DNA of 63,908 nt, counting the filler, from Octopus bimaculoides (taxonomy: Eukaryota), in NCBI RefSeq assembly GCF_001194135.2. It is 6 parts of 4 records of this genome, joined end to end, with 100 filler letters (N's around TTAATTAATTAA, not from the genome) between each part and the next. Parts side by side here need not be neighbours in the genome. Positions count along the whole stretch, not along the records: positions 1 to 17,227 come from NC_068981.1; positions 17,328 to 36,679 come from NC_068984.1; 4 more parts are not named here. One strand, given 5' to 3'. Under the pieces are notes generated by a model that was given only the letters and a program-made list of their open reading frames with translations, searched no databases and was not told where the DNA came from. Position 1 is the stretch's first letter. Every line of letters starts with the position of its first letter. Made by a program: the position numbers and the translations under genes. This document shows positions 13,341 to 25,054 of the stretch, one piece after another.

Positions 13341-14129
13341 TGCGTGCATGTATGCATGTGTGCATGTGCATGTGCATGTGTACGTGTGTGCTTGTGTGTG
13401 TGTTAAGTATTAACTCTCAGTGGCATGACAAAGTGTAAAATTCTTAACTAACACATTGAGAATAACTAACATATAAATAAAGAGTGTGGGAGTGGGGGAG
13501 AGAGAGAGAGATTGAGAGAGATTGAGAGAGAGAGAGAAAGAAAGAGAGGGAGAGAGTGAGGGAACGAGCATGATTTCATTTTATCTTTCTTATTGACATG
13601 CATTTAATATTTTCTCTCAAACGCAAAACAGTCTGGAAAATTCTCAGTTTACACAAAAAGGAGGATGATGTAATATTATATAAGTTCTCAGCTCTTAAAC
13701 AGAGAGAAAGTGTGCGAATAACAAAAAAAAAATTGAAATGAAAAGAGAAATAGATTGTGTGTGTGAAGGAATAAGAGGATTTGTCTTCTGATAGGATATA
13801 GTTTACTCTTGTAACTGGTAAGTAATATTGAAAGTGTAACTGACTTAATACATTTCGGAAATAGCACGAATAGGTAAATTATATGGAAGCATGGATACCT
13901 TAAGAAAATATATTACTAACTACAGGTGAACTGTTACATAGAGTGAATTAATAATAAAACTTGGCACATCCCCTCATAAAGATTGCCAATTTGGCATAGT
14001 TTCTTATAGAAGATCTTTGTAACTTCTGCTTTAATTAGTTAGCAGTACTATTATTATAGGACAACAGATTGACAGAATTGACTGAGTGGAAACCAAAATG
14101 CTATATATTATTCTGTTAAATCCCTTTAC

Positions 14130-15095
14130 ATTCGGAGTTTAAATTCCACTGAGTCAACTTCACCATTCATCTTTCTAGGGTCAATAAAACAGAGTACTAG
14201 TCAAGTACTAAATTTGATATAATTGACTGTACTCTCCCCTAAATTTGTGATATTCTGTTTTTATAGACATCATTATTTAGTTCAAATTAAGCTGGTGAGC
14301 TTGGTAGAATCGTTAGCATGCTGGGTGAAATGCTTAGCGATATTTCGTCTGCTGCTACATTCTGAGTTCAAATTCCGCCGAGGTCAGCTTTACCTTTTAT
14401 CCTTTCAGGGTCAATAAATTAAGTACCCATTATGCACTGGGGTCGATATAATCAACTTAATCCCTTCCCCAAAATTTGAGGTCTTGTGCTTCCAGTAGAA
14501 ACGAATCACTAGCATGCTGGACAAAATGCTTTGTGGCATTTCATCCATCTTTACATTCTGAGTTCAAATTCCTCTGAGGTTGACTTTACCTTTCATCCTT
14601 TCAGAGTCACTAAAATAAGTACCAATGGAGTTGATGTAATTGACCTGCTTCCTCCCCCAAAATTGCTGGCCTTGTGCCAAAATTTAAAACCAGTATTTCT
14701 TCTGGCTCAAAGCAGTGAATTGGCAGACTCCTTCCTGCATCAGGCAAAATGCTTAGCAGTGTTTCAACCATTTTTATGTTCTGAGTTCAAATTCTGACGA
14801 GGTCGACTTAGCCTTTCATCCTTTTGGAGTCGATAAAATAAGTACCAGTTGAGTGCTGGGGTCAATGTAACCAACTTATCCCCTTCCCCAAAGTCTCTGG
14901 CCTTGTGCAAAAATATGAAGCCAATATTTCTTCTGGCGCTCGACATTCTGAGTTCAAATGTTACCGAAGACAACTTTGTCTTTCATCCTTTCAGGGTTGA
15001 TAAAGATAGCACCAGTCAAGTGCCGAGGACAAAGTTATCAACTACTACCCTCTTGCCAATTGCTGGCCTTGTGCCAAAATTTGAAATAATTATTT
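14130..15095 (+). mobile_element. Head-to-tail array of about five SINE family B copies
   Basis: B box GAGTTCAAAT(T)CC-like motif recurs near 14135, 14365, 14560, 14782 and 14950, each followed by the family B body. Confidence 0.75.
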
Positions 15096-15289
15096 CATTC
15101 AACTAAAAATTGAAATATTCTTTCCTTGGGTATTTTTGAAACACAGTCTAAAACCATTTCTGACATAAAATAGTGACGTTTTCTATTTCAAATATGAATT
15201 AATGAGTGGACTCTAAGTGGTTATTCAACCTGCTAGAAAGAGCAAGCAAATCTCTCTCAAATCACACTCCACCTTTTACTTGTTTCAGT

Positions 15290-15660
15290 CAGGGGACTGC
15301 AGCCATGCAGCGACACCACTTGGAAATGTTTAGTCAAACAAATTGACTCTAGTACATATTTTTCAGTCTAGTGCTTACGCTATTGATATCTTTTGCCAAC
15401 CTGCTAAGTTATAGGGATGTAAACAGACCAATACTGGTTATCAAGCAGTGGTGGTGGTGGTGGTGGTGGGTACAAACATAAATATGCATACACACATATG
15501 GCAGGCTTCAAAATAGTTTCTGTCCACCAAATTCACTCACAAGGCATTGGTTGGCCCAGGGCTATAGTAGTAGACACTTACCCAAGGTGCCATGCAATGG
15601 GACTGAACCCAAAACCACATGGTTACAAAGTAAGCTTCTTAATTACACAGCCATAGAAAA
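15290..15660 (-). mobile_element. tRNA-derived SINE family A
   Basis: Reverse complement of the family A core (TCCACCAAATTCACTCACAAGGC, AGACACTTACCCAAGG). Confidence 0.7.
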
Positions 15661-16920
15661 GAGTAGATTTTCATTTGAAATTAGTTACATAATCATAATC
15701 TTCATCTGCCAACCTTTTTCAGTAACAAAGTTTCCAGATTATTCATTACTTTCTGTTACGATCACCTCTGCAGATTTTCTATAGAAATTTTGTAGAGATG
15801 ACCTTAACATGTGGTTTAAGTGCACTGCTAACACAATAGTACACAGTACTGTTTTATAAAAATGTTTAATATACTTTGTAGCATATTATGGTTGCATAAT
15901 AAAATACTGTGTGCTTACAGGTAACTAATACATTTTGTTGGTTGTTGTCTATAATCTTTCCATACTGTATTTTGCCTTCTCACATGGATAAAATAAGGTT
16001 TTATAATATTCAGAATCCATGAATATAACTGCATTCCCTTTATTCACTTTAATTGTCAATTTGTTATCATCATTTTTCAGTTCAGTTACATCTACCCACT
16101 CAATAATGCTGAAGTTTAACTTAATTCTTTGCCATTGTATGGAAAAAATTTCAAAATGTATTAAGAAATACATCAACAATGAGGTTCTATAGAATGCAAT
16201 TTTGGTTTGATTATTGCATTACCCCAACATGGAAGGCATATATTACTTATTCAAAAAGACACAAAAACTGTTAACTTCACTTAAAGTGGTAAGAAACTTT
16301 CAAAAGAGCTGAACAGCAGAAGGTCTTCAGAGAAGAAACCTACTTCAGGCAAGTATTTCAGCTCTTAACTGCTATTATTTAGTGTTAAAATTTTCCTTGC
16401 ATCAGTTGCAATCAGGTCACTGACAAATTTTCAATGACACCAAATACTGGTTTCAAATTTTGGCACAAGGCCAGAAATTTGGGGGGAGGGTGTAAATTAC
16501 AATGACCCCAGTGCTCAAATGGTACTTATTCTATGAACCTCGAAAGGATGAAAGGCAAAGTCAACTTTGGTGGAATTTGAACTCAAGATATAAAGATGGA
16601 TGAAATGCTTCTAAGCGTTTTGCCTGGCATGCTAATGTTTGTGCCAACTTGCCACCTTAATGACACCAAATAATGATAAACGTTTAAGCGAAGTTAACAA
16701 TCTTCACCCAAAGAATGCTACTTTTGGGTGAAGAACAACTGCTGTTGTTCCTAACAAGTGACTGACAAACATTATTCTTAAGAAATTATTCCTCTGTGAG
16801 TTTCAATTTTCTACAAATATATCCATCCACCTCAGTTGCAGTATATAGAAAAAATTAACTGAGAAAAAATTTGATCATGCTGTCTTGATATTTCTGCCAT
16901 CAATTTCTTTACTATATGAA
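15660..16920 (-). mobile_element. Penelope-like element fossil (region N-terminal to RT), interrupted by a SINE B copy at 16445-16660
   Basis: ORF 15949-16179 contains ELKNDDNKLTIKVNKGNAVIFMDSEYYK, matching the Penelope motif LKxxxxIxIKxADKGxAVVIMDxxYY. Confidence 0.5.
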
Positions 16921-17327
16921 TATGTGTATATCTGCATATAGTGTGTGTGCATGTGTATGTGTGAATATATAATATACACAAATATGTGTGTGTATATGTA
17001 TAATGCATGTATAAGATGAATATATGTGTGATGTGTGTATATGTATCTTTGTCTTTATATACACGTGTGTGTTTGTAAATTTGTATATATATATATATGT
17101 ATGTGTAATGTATGTGTGTGTTCATATATATATTATATATATATATAAAATGACTACCTATATTATTTAAGGAGCAACACTTGTTAAATGTATGAAATTT
17201 CCTTGTAAAGTTAATCTGTGCAGCCATNNNNNNNNNNNNNNNNNNNNNNNNNNNNNNNNNNNNNNNNNNNNTTAATTAATTAANNNNNNNNNNNNNNNNN
17301 NNNNNNNNNNNNNNNNNNNNNNNNNNN

Positions 17328-17625
17328 TTATTGAGTGAAAACACCTAAAGCTCCACGAGGCTCCGGCAGGGGATGGTGGTGAACCCTGCTGTACTCTTCC
17401 ACCACAACTTTCTCTCACTCTTACTTCCTGTTTCTGTTGTGCCTGTAATTCAAAGGATCAGCCATGTCACACTGTGTCACGCTGAATATCCCCGAGAACT
17501 ACGTTAAGGGTACACGTGTCTGTGGAGTGCTCAGCCACTTGCACGTTAATTTCACGAGCAGGCTGTTCCGTTGATCGGATCAACTGGAACCCTCGTTGTC
17601 ATAAGCGACGGAGTGCCAACAACGA
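17328..17625 (+). mobile_element. SINE family C body (head lost in gap)
   Basis: TTGAGCGAAAACACCTAAAGCTCCACGAGGCTC shared with 52358-52600, which has a tRNA-like head. Confidence 0.7.
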
Positions 17626-18121
17626 CAACAACATCTTTTAATGTCCATTTTCTATGCTGGATTTGGATTGGATGTTCTGGCAGGATCTGATAAGCAAGAG
17701 GACTGCATTGTGTTCCACTTTGGCATTATTTCAATAGCTAGATGTCCTTTATAATGCCAACCACATTACAAAGTGTACCAGGTGCTTATGGTACTGATAC
17801 TAGCAAGGTCACCAAGTAACTCGCAAAACCAAACTCCTTGACATAGTGTGGGTGCAGTATTAAAGAAGTCAGCTTTGTGGCATGTATTGAGAAGCTAAAG
17901 TATGATAGAGGGGCAGGAACAGATATCTTGCTGTACAGGGGATACATGGCTACCCCAGCAGGAGAGGATTGTGGAGATAAGATGTTGGGGTATACTATCA
18001 AGATACAAGAAATTGGATAAAGAGGGATTTACATAAATTTGTTGTGAATCCTTGAAGAGTAAAAGAATTATTATTGACATATTTACAACTGTGGATTAGC
18101 AAGCTTGTTTTAATTTTTCAG

Positions 18122-18185
18122 ATTGACCAAAAGTGCGAAGCTACAGAAATATTGAAACTTGTACATAAAAGTTTTAGAAAATGCT
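18122..18185 (+). CDS. GLD2: GLD-2/TENT2-like poly(A) polymerase, first visible exon
   Basis: TTTTTCAG acceptor, GTAAGT donor, 64 nt, phase 0-1. IDQKCEATEILKLVHKSFRKC aligns with human GLD2 VNQKTEARHILTLVHKHF. Confidence 0.9.
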
Positions 18186-18381
18186 GTAAGTAGTTACCTA
18201 TTTGGGTTTGCAATCCCTTTTAAATTAGTTTAGTTTTCTTCTTTGTCTCTTCCAAACTGAATCACAATTCTTTTCTCAAAAACTACTAATAAAATAAATC
18301 TATAATACATTTTCGAAGAATGTTTTGAAAGCAATTTCTCAATTTATTGATGTACCTTTTTTTTTTCCCCCCAACTCCCAG

Positions 18382-18448
18382 CATTCATAACATCCTCACA
18401 GGTAATCAAAGCCAAAGTTCCAATACTCAAATTCTGGGATGATATTAG
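18382..18448 (+). CDS. GLD2: GLD-2/TENT2-like exon
   Basis: CCCAG acceptor, GTAAG donor, 67 nt, phase 1-2. SFITSSQVIKAKVPILKFWDDI contains the conserved AKVPIxKF motif. Confidence 0.93.
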
Positions 18449-19350
18449 GTAAGAACATTTGAGTTTTTTTTTTTTTTTGTTATTTATTAATGGGTAAAAT
18501 TCTTTGATCCATTTCTTACTATATTTCTGTTGATATATCTTTGTTTCAATTAACTTTGAAAATAATAAAGGATTTATTAGTAATTTAGTCATTATTAAGC
18601 TGTTATTTTGGGCAGTTGGAATTGTGATGGAAGGTTTTTCGATGACTTTAAAATAAGAAGCTTGTATCATAGAACTGGGGGCAGAATTAGGCAGGTTGTA
18701 TCAAAAGAATTAACCTGTTTTCATGTAAAAGACATAAGTCTGCATCAATTTATTACTAAGTATAAAATATCTGTTTATTTCTATTTAAAGCAACTGTCTT
18801 TTCCCAATCACACTCATGTAACTCTGGGGCGATAAGTCATCTTGTTCTCTTTATCTGGTGGGTTGTAGTGTCTACTATATAAAACTACGAATGATAAATT
18901 CCTGTGTAATTCCTGCAATTACCTGTGTGTATGAGAGAGAGAGTGAATAGGTAGATATTTTTATGTGTGTGCATATCATTAGTATTCATATGTATGTGTA
19001 TATGGGAGGTTGTATGATAAAAAATGAGTTTATGTTCAACTTGTAATGTTTCCAATCAGTGGATGAAGTAAATATGTATAGGAGAGATCTATAGCGATGC
19101 TTTTCTGAAGAACGACAACTGGAAAAAATATTTAGTACAAAGACTGAATGATTCAGGAATATTTGATGGTTGCTACAACCAAAATTTATACTCATAGAAC
19201 AAATGTTTAAGAAAGAAAAAAAACATGAAATAAAAAAAAATGTATGTTTTTGAGAGTTTTTTTTGTTTTGTTTTTTTCCTAAATTTAAAAGTTTGATTTG
19301 ATAGCAACATATCTAAAAGTAATTTTTTGTACTCTTACCTTTTTTTTCAG

Positions 19351-19427
19351 CAATGTTGACTGTGACTTGAACATAAACAATTCTGTTGGCATTCGAAATA
19401 CACATCTTTTAAAGGCCTATGCTAGTG
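19351..19427 (+). CDS. GLD2: GLD-2/TENT2-like exon with third catalytic Asp
   Basis: TTTTCAG acceptor, GTATG donor, 77 nt, phase 2-1. NVDCDLNINNSVGIRNTHLLKAYAS matches DLNVNNxVGIRNTxLLxxYA. Confidence 0.95.
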
Positions 19428-19981
19428 GTATGCATTCAGTCTATTCTTCCCTAGTTTTTTTTCTCCTATACATTTGTGGAATCCCTTCTAAAAATATAAT
19501 TTAGAATTAGGAAAATTTTTTTTGATATCTTATTAGAAATGTCATTTAGTAATGTGTTGGTTTTCATCAGTCTGAGAAAGAAATCATTTGACAAAAATTT
19601 AAAATTGTTGCTACATTAATTTAACAGATATATATTCTCGTTTTCTAACTAATTTTGTAGACATGTTTGCCTTATAAGTATACAGAACATTTTAATTCCT
19701 GTAAAGTTTTATATTTGACACTATTCTCATAATTATATGTCTGAGATAAGTTGTTAAGATAATTTTTTCCTCTCAACTAACTGTGTCTTTGGTGATGAAA
19801 AATTGGTTTTTACAAAACTTTCATTTACACTAGATTTGAATCCAGTCCTTAACTGTGCATACATTCAAGAATAAGACTACTAACACAGCTACATATATCA
19901 GTGATTTAATACAAAATAGCATTATTATCTCTGACATCAGTGTCATTTAACATTCATGTTCCATGCTAGCATGGTTTAGAC

Positions 19982-20268
19982 CAGGGCTGGCCAACCTGAG
20001 GCCTGCGGACTGCATGCAGCCTGCTTGATACTTTCTTGAAGTATTGTGTTCAAAATAAAATTGTTTGTGTAAAACATTTGTTTCAAAATAAATTAAAAAT
20101 TTATTAGTGGCAATAAAGCAATAACCTAGAATTTTAAAGAAACAAAAAGTATGAAAAATTCTTGATTCTGTAATTTATTTGACTATTAGTGCATAAAGTA
20201 TATAAGCGGCCCTCAAAAACCTTTGTGATTAAAGTGGCCTGCAATGTAATTTGAGTTGGTCAGGCCTG
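19982..20268. mobile_element. hAT (Charlie/Buster-type) MITE
   Basis: TIR CAGGGCTGGCCAAC / GTTGGTCAGGCCTG. Perfect 8 bp TSD GTTTAGAC (19974-19981, 20269-20276) with central TA. Confidence 0.9.
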
Positions 20269-20871
20269 GTTTAGACAGTTTGATGGGATGCAGTGGATCT
20301 GAAGTCTGCATCAGGCACCAGTCTACTTTGCCATGGTGTCTACAGCTAGATGCCCTTCCTAATGCCAACCAATTTACAGAGTGTAGTTGCTGCTATTTTG
20401 GTGTCGTCTGCACTTGTGAGGTTGCCATGCAGTCTGCAAGACTATGATCTTGACTTTAAGTTGTGGGATGAGGGATTAAAGTGAAAGAGAAGGGACCAGA
20501 ACGGAAGCGGTTTCTTGGTGTAGAGGAGCTACATGGCCACTCACATAGAAGAATGGGTGAGAATTGCATGGACGAAGCTGGAAAATGGTAAAAGTACTGG
20601 TGATGAGATATCAAGGTGGGCTCTCAAAATATGCAGTGAGAAGTGAGTAGGGACTTGAAAACAGGTGGTGTGGATGGGCAGAGGTTGCATGAGTATATGG
20701 GCAAGTGAGAGGGATTAGGTTGGGGTGAATATAATGAAGAACAAATGTTGAGGGATGATGAAGAGGGTAGCAGCTGTAACCAACGATACAGTTGGGTTGA
20801 AAGGAGGAAGTGGAGGGGAAATGACTGATAGTGCAGAAAAGGGTGAGGTGGAGAACAGCAGAATAGTAATA

Positions 20872-21255
20872 GGCGCAGGAGTGGCTGTGTGGTAAGTAGC
20901 TTGCTTACCAACCACATGGTTCCGGGTTCATTCCCACTGCGTGGCATCTTGGGCAAGTGTCTTCTACTACAGCCTCGGGCCGACCACAGCCTTGTGAGTG
21001 GATTTGGTAGATGGAAACTGAAAGAAGCCCGTCGTATATATGTATGTTTGTTGTGTGTCTGTGTTTGTCCCCCACAACATCGCTTGACAACTGATGCTGG
21101 TGTGTTTACGTCCCCGTAACTTAGCGGTTCGGCAAAAGAGACTGATAGAATAAGGACTAGGCTTACAAAGAAAAAGTCCTGGGGTCGATTTGCTCAACTA
21201 AAGGCGGTGCTCCAGCATGGCCGCAGTCAAATGACTGAAACAAGTAAAAGAGTCA
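20872..21255 (+). mobile_element. tRNA-derived SINE family A, best-preserved copy
   Basis: TGGCTGTGTGG A-box-like and GGGTTCATTCCC B-box-like motifs, CTTGGGCAAGTGTCTT (CORE-like) segment, internal microsatellite, tail ending GAAACAAGTAAAAGAG. Confidence 0.8.
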
Positions 21256-21569
21256 AAGAGAATAATAATATAGTTGGCAGGAAAAAGAATAAGAGAAAAA
21301 AAGAGAAGAGCGATGGTGTTTGGTTGGGTAGGCTGTTAGAGTGTGGGGCAAGGGTATTGAACGATGAGTAAGAGATATTTAGAGGTAGAATCATTTCCAT
21401 CTTTCATTCTTAATACTGCCCTCTCCTCCCACATTCTATATTGATCAGCTTCCTGAGTCACCACATTATTTCTCTTCCACTACCATATCCCCTAGCTCAG
21501 AAATAAAGTTTCTCTAAGAGCAAGCTGCCAATGAATGTCAGAGATCAAACCTATAAAAATTTAGTGAAG

Positions 21570-21965
21570 ACACAAATATTGGTTTCACATTTTGGCACAC
21601 AACAATTACATCGACCTCACCAGTGCTCAGCTGGTAAGTTATTTCATTGACCCCAAAAAGATGACAAGCAAAGTTGACTTTGGCAGAATTTGAACTCAGA
21701 GCCCTCGTACCGGTGGCACATAAAAGCACCCACTACACTCTCGGAGTGGTTAGCGTTAGGAAGGGCATCTAACTGTAGAAACTCTGCCAGATCAGATTGG
21801 AGCCTAGTGCAGCCTTCTGGCTTGCCAGTCCTCAGTCAAATCGTCCAACCCATGCTAGCATGGAAAGCAGATGTTAAACGATGATGATGATGAACGTGAA
21901 GGCAGATGAAATGCTGCTAAGCATTTCACCCACCATGCTAATGATTCTCCCAGCTTGCAACCTTA
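21570..21965 (-). mobile_element. SINE family B interrupted by a + strand RTE-type tail repeat (about 21700-21893)
   Basis: SINE B sequence GAACTCAGA|ACGT..AAG is split by an AAAAGCACCCACTACACTC...GTTAAACGATGATGATGA insert. Confidence 0.75.
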
Positions 21966-22379
21966 GTGTTGATAGTCTGAAAAATTAGCATCTTTTANNN
22001 NNNNNNNNNNNNNNNNNNNNNNNNNNNNNNNNNNNNNNNNNNNNNNNNNNNNNNNNNNNNNNNNNNNNNNNNNNNNNNNNNNNNNNNNNNNNNNNNNNNN
22101 NNNNNNNNNNNNNNNNNNNNNNNNNNNNNNNNNNNNNNNNNNNNNNNNNNNNNNNNNNNNNNNNNNNNNNNNNNNNNNNNNNNNNNNNNNNNNNNNNNNN
22201 NNNNNNNNNNNNNNNNNNNNNNNNNNNNNNNNNNNNNNNNNNNNNNNNNNNNNNNNNNNNNNNNNNNNNNNNNNNNNNNNNNNNNNNNNNNNNNNNNNNN
22301 NNNNNNNNNNNNNNNNNNNNNNNNNNNNNNNNNNNNNNNNNNNNNNNNNNNNNNNNNNNNNNNNNNNNNNNNNNNNNNN

Positions 22380-22457
22380 TTCATGACATCAATGATGCTC
22401 GGAAGCAAACCATATCAAGTTACTCGTTAGGTCTCATGGTCATCCACTATCTACAAT
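22380..22457 (+). CDS. GLD2: GLD-2/TENT2-like exon, 5' part hidden in the N gap
   Basis: HDINDARKQTISSYSLGLMVIHYLQ matches HQINDASRGTLSSYSLVLMVLHYLQ. GTAAGT donor at 22458, phase 1. Confidence 0.92.
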
Positions 22458-22467
22458 GTAAGTACAT

Positions 22468-22511
<44 letters not shown>

Positions 22512-23374
22512 CATTTGTTTATTCTCTTCTGTGAATTTGGAATGTAATTGGAGTATTTTTTCTTCTTTCTTTCTTTCTCTTCTGTTTTGTTTTTCATTGT
22601 GTGTTCTCTGTTGATATTGCCTTTTCATTTATTCTGTTTTCAACTCAAGAAAAAAGGATACTCTCTACATGACTAATCGATCTGCTGGAAAATGCAACCA
22701 AATTTCCCTTGAATCATACTCTGCCATTTTAAAGATATAAAGAGTCCTAGATACACCTGATACATCTCTTTGATCACAGCAGGAATGCTTTTGATCATAG
22801 ATCTGCTCAATTAGGGCCGACTTAGAGCTTAAACACCTCCACCAGCCCTCACAAATACAGGGAGATTTTCATGAAGTCTGAAATAACATAACTAATTGGC
22901 GTACTTTCTTATTCCAACTACACACTTGAAAGGAAGCATAACATAAACTTTGTCCTGTTTTTACTAATGTTACATTATCAAAGATTTCTTGTCACAATTT
23001 CGCTATAAGATAGATTTTTATTTTCACCATTATAAATCTTTTTCTCTTTAATTTTCCTGAAGTCGCTGACATCAAGCAGTGTTTATTCTGTTGTCATGTC
23101 TTCTGCCAACAAATCATCTGCCTGCTTCATGCCTTCAAAGATTTGTCTAATGAGTGATTCCTTACTTTAAAAAACAGCCAAGAGTTGGTGACAGGAAGAG
23201 TTTTCATCTGTAAAACTATTTCTCAATAAAATAAAGCTAACCCATACTAGCATGGAGAAACATATGTAGAAAAAACAAACAAATGAAAAAATTTTGAGAC
23301 ATCGCATACTATGAGTTATATGTTTTGCAATATTTCACTAAGTACCTATACTGTATTATTTTTTATTTTTTCAG

Positions 23375-23421
23375 ATGGTTGTTCTCGACCTGTGTTACCA
23401 GTGTTGCAAAAACTCTATCCC
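23375..23421 (+). CDS. GLD2: GLD-2/TENT2-like exon
   Basis: TTTTTCAG acceptor, GTATG donor, 47 nt, phase 1-0. (Y)GCSRPVLPVLQKLYP matches PILPSLQKIYP. Confidence 0.93.
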
Positions 23422-24804
23422 GTATGTTTTTGATTGATTTTATGTATTATTTTGCATTCAGTACATTATAAGGCACAGCCTCACAGTTTCTCGTTCTTTA
23501 GCCAGTACTCTAAAATATACCAACATGATTTACAAAACCTAAAGATTAGCTTTTTATTCTAAATCATTGGCACCAAAGGAAAATATTGTAAAATATTCAG
23601 TTCAATGTTTTCGTCATCTCCAAACTTTTTTCTGTCTTTCCCAAAGATAAGCAAAGTTGTCAAATCTTTGAAGTAAACATCATCATTTTCATTTAATGTC
23701 TGATTTCTATGCTGACATGGGGTGGACGGTTTGAAGGGATCTGGCAAGCTGCAGGGCTGTGCTGAGTTCCAGTGTCAGCTTTAGCATGGTTTCCAGAGCT
23801 GGATGTTCTTCCTAATGCCAACCACTACAGTGCTTTTTTCATGCCACTGGCACTAGTGAGTTTACCAACTTGCAAAACAAAAGGACAAGAAAAAAGCTCT
23901 CACTACTATGTGAGGGTGTGTAGTTGAGGAAGCTTTATGGCAAATATTGAAAGGGTTTACATGGATACCATACATTATATAGGGGTGGATGGGGGAGTTG
24001 AGAAAGAGATAAAGATGATGAATGATGAAGTGCTAAAGCATACTCACAATGTACATGATGGTCAGCATAAGAGAGGATATAGACAGTGGGTCACATGAGA
24101 GGAGAGTGACAGATGGTTAGAACTGTATTAGAAATGCTGTTTGCCCTTTTGTAGAAATAGCTTATGAACTTTTTTCACTTCACATTCTACAAAGTTGACA
24201 TCTCTACTGTTATTTCAAAAAAGCTGTCAAACCAGAAATAGATCTTGTACTATAACAGATTATTTTTTTTTTATGGGTGACAAGGAAGTGTGACATTGAT
24301 TTATATCTAAAAGAGATAAAATTGTTCAGTTTTTTTTTTAATCTTTATAATAATATAATTTTTAAAAAATCAAACACTAATTTTTTTTAAATCTTTATAA
24401 TAATATGATTTTTTAAAAATCAAACACTAATTTTTTTTTAATGATCTTTATAGGAATATAATAATAAAAAAAATATTGATTTTTGTCCATGCTTTGGACA
24501 TGTCTGCAATTTTTACAAGAATGTCCAAAGCATAGACAAAAATCAAACACTATATTTTTTTTGTAATCTTTATAGCAATATAATTAAAAAATAAATATAT
24601 ACCAAGTTTGATTTTTGTCCATGCTTTGGACATGTCTGCAATTTTTGAAAGAATGTCTAGTTTAACTGTTTTGATACCATCTTGCCCTAAACTGCCCTTG
24701 CTTTTACAATACCTACTCACTTGAAACCACCTTTGCTTCTAAGATATAAATTTGCTTTGTAAAAATGATCTGAATCACAACTTACCATCAAACTTACATG
24801 TTAA

Positions 24805-25054
24805 CCTATTAGCATTTAAGCCAGCCATATACAGCTCAAATATTCAACCTGTTTTATGTTAAAACTGGCCAGATCCAGCCACTCACACTTATCTTCGAGT
24901 ATCACATCTTGTAACTTTGAGATTTCGATGAAGTGATTGTTTATTTTTTAGAATGGCATTGTAGGGCGGGTGTGAGAAACTGGATCTCACCAGTTTGAAT
25001 GTAATACAGGTAGAATAAATTGGCCAGAAATGGCCAGTTTAAACACTAAAGAGT
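24805..25054. mobile_element. Fold-back chimera of piggyBac-type MITE family 1
   Basis: Both ends derive from the same MITE end in opposite orientation, giving imperfect ~80 bp inverted arms. Confidence 0.55.

Noticed and set aside
16295-16345. CTGAAGA...GAAA on the minus strand as a hammerhead
   Set aside because: No closing stem II pair, and no GAAAC..GUH or stem I complement.
17272-17283. TTAATTAATTAA inside N runs (also near 36724, 55084, 60697, 62721)
   Set aside because: Assembly linker giving stops in all six frames, always flanked by about 50 Ns. Not biological.
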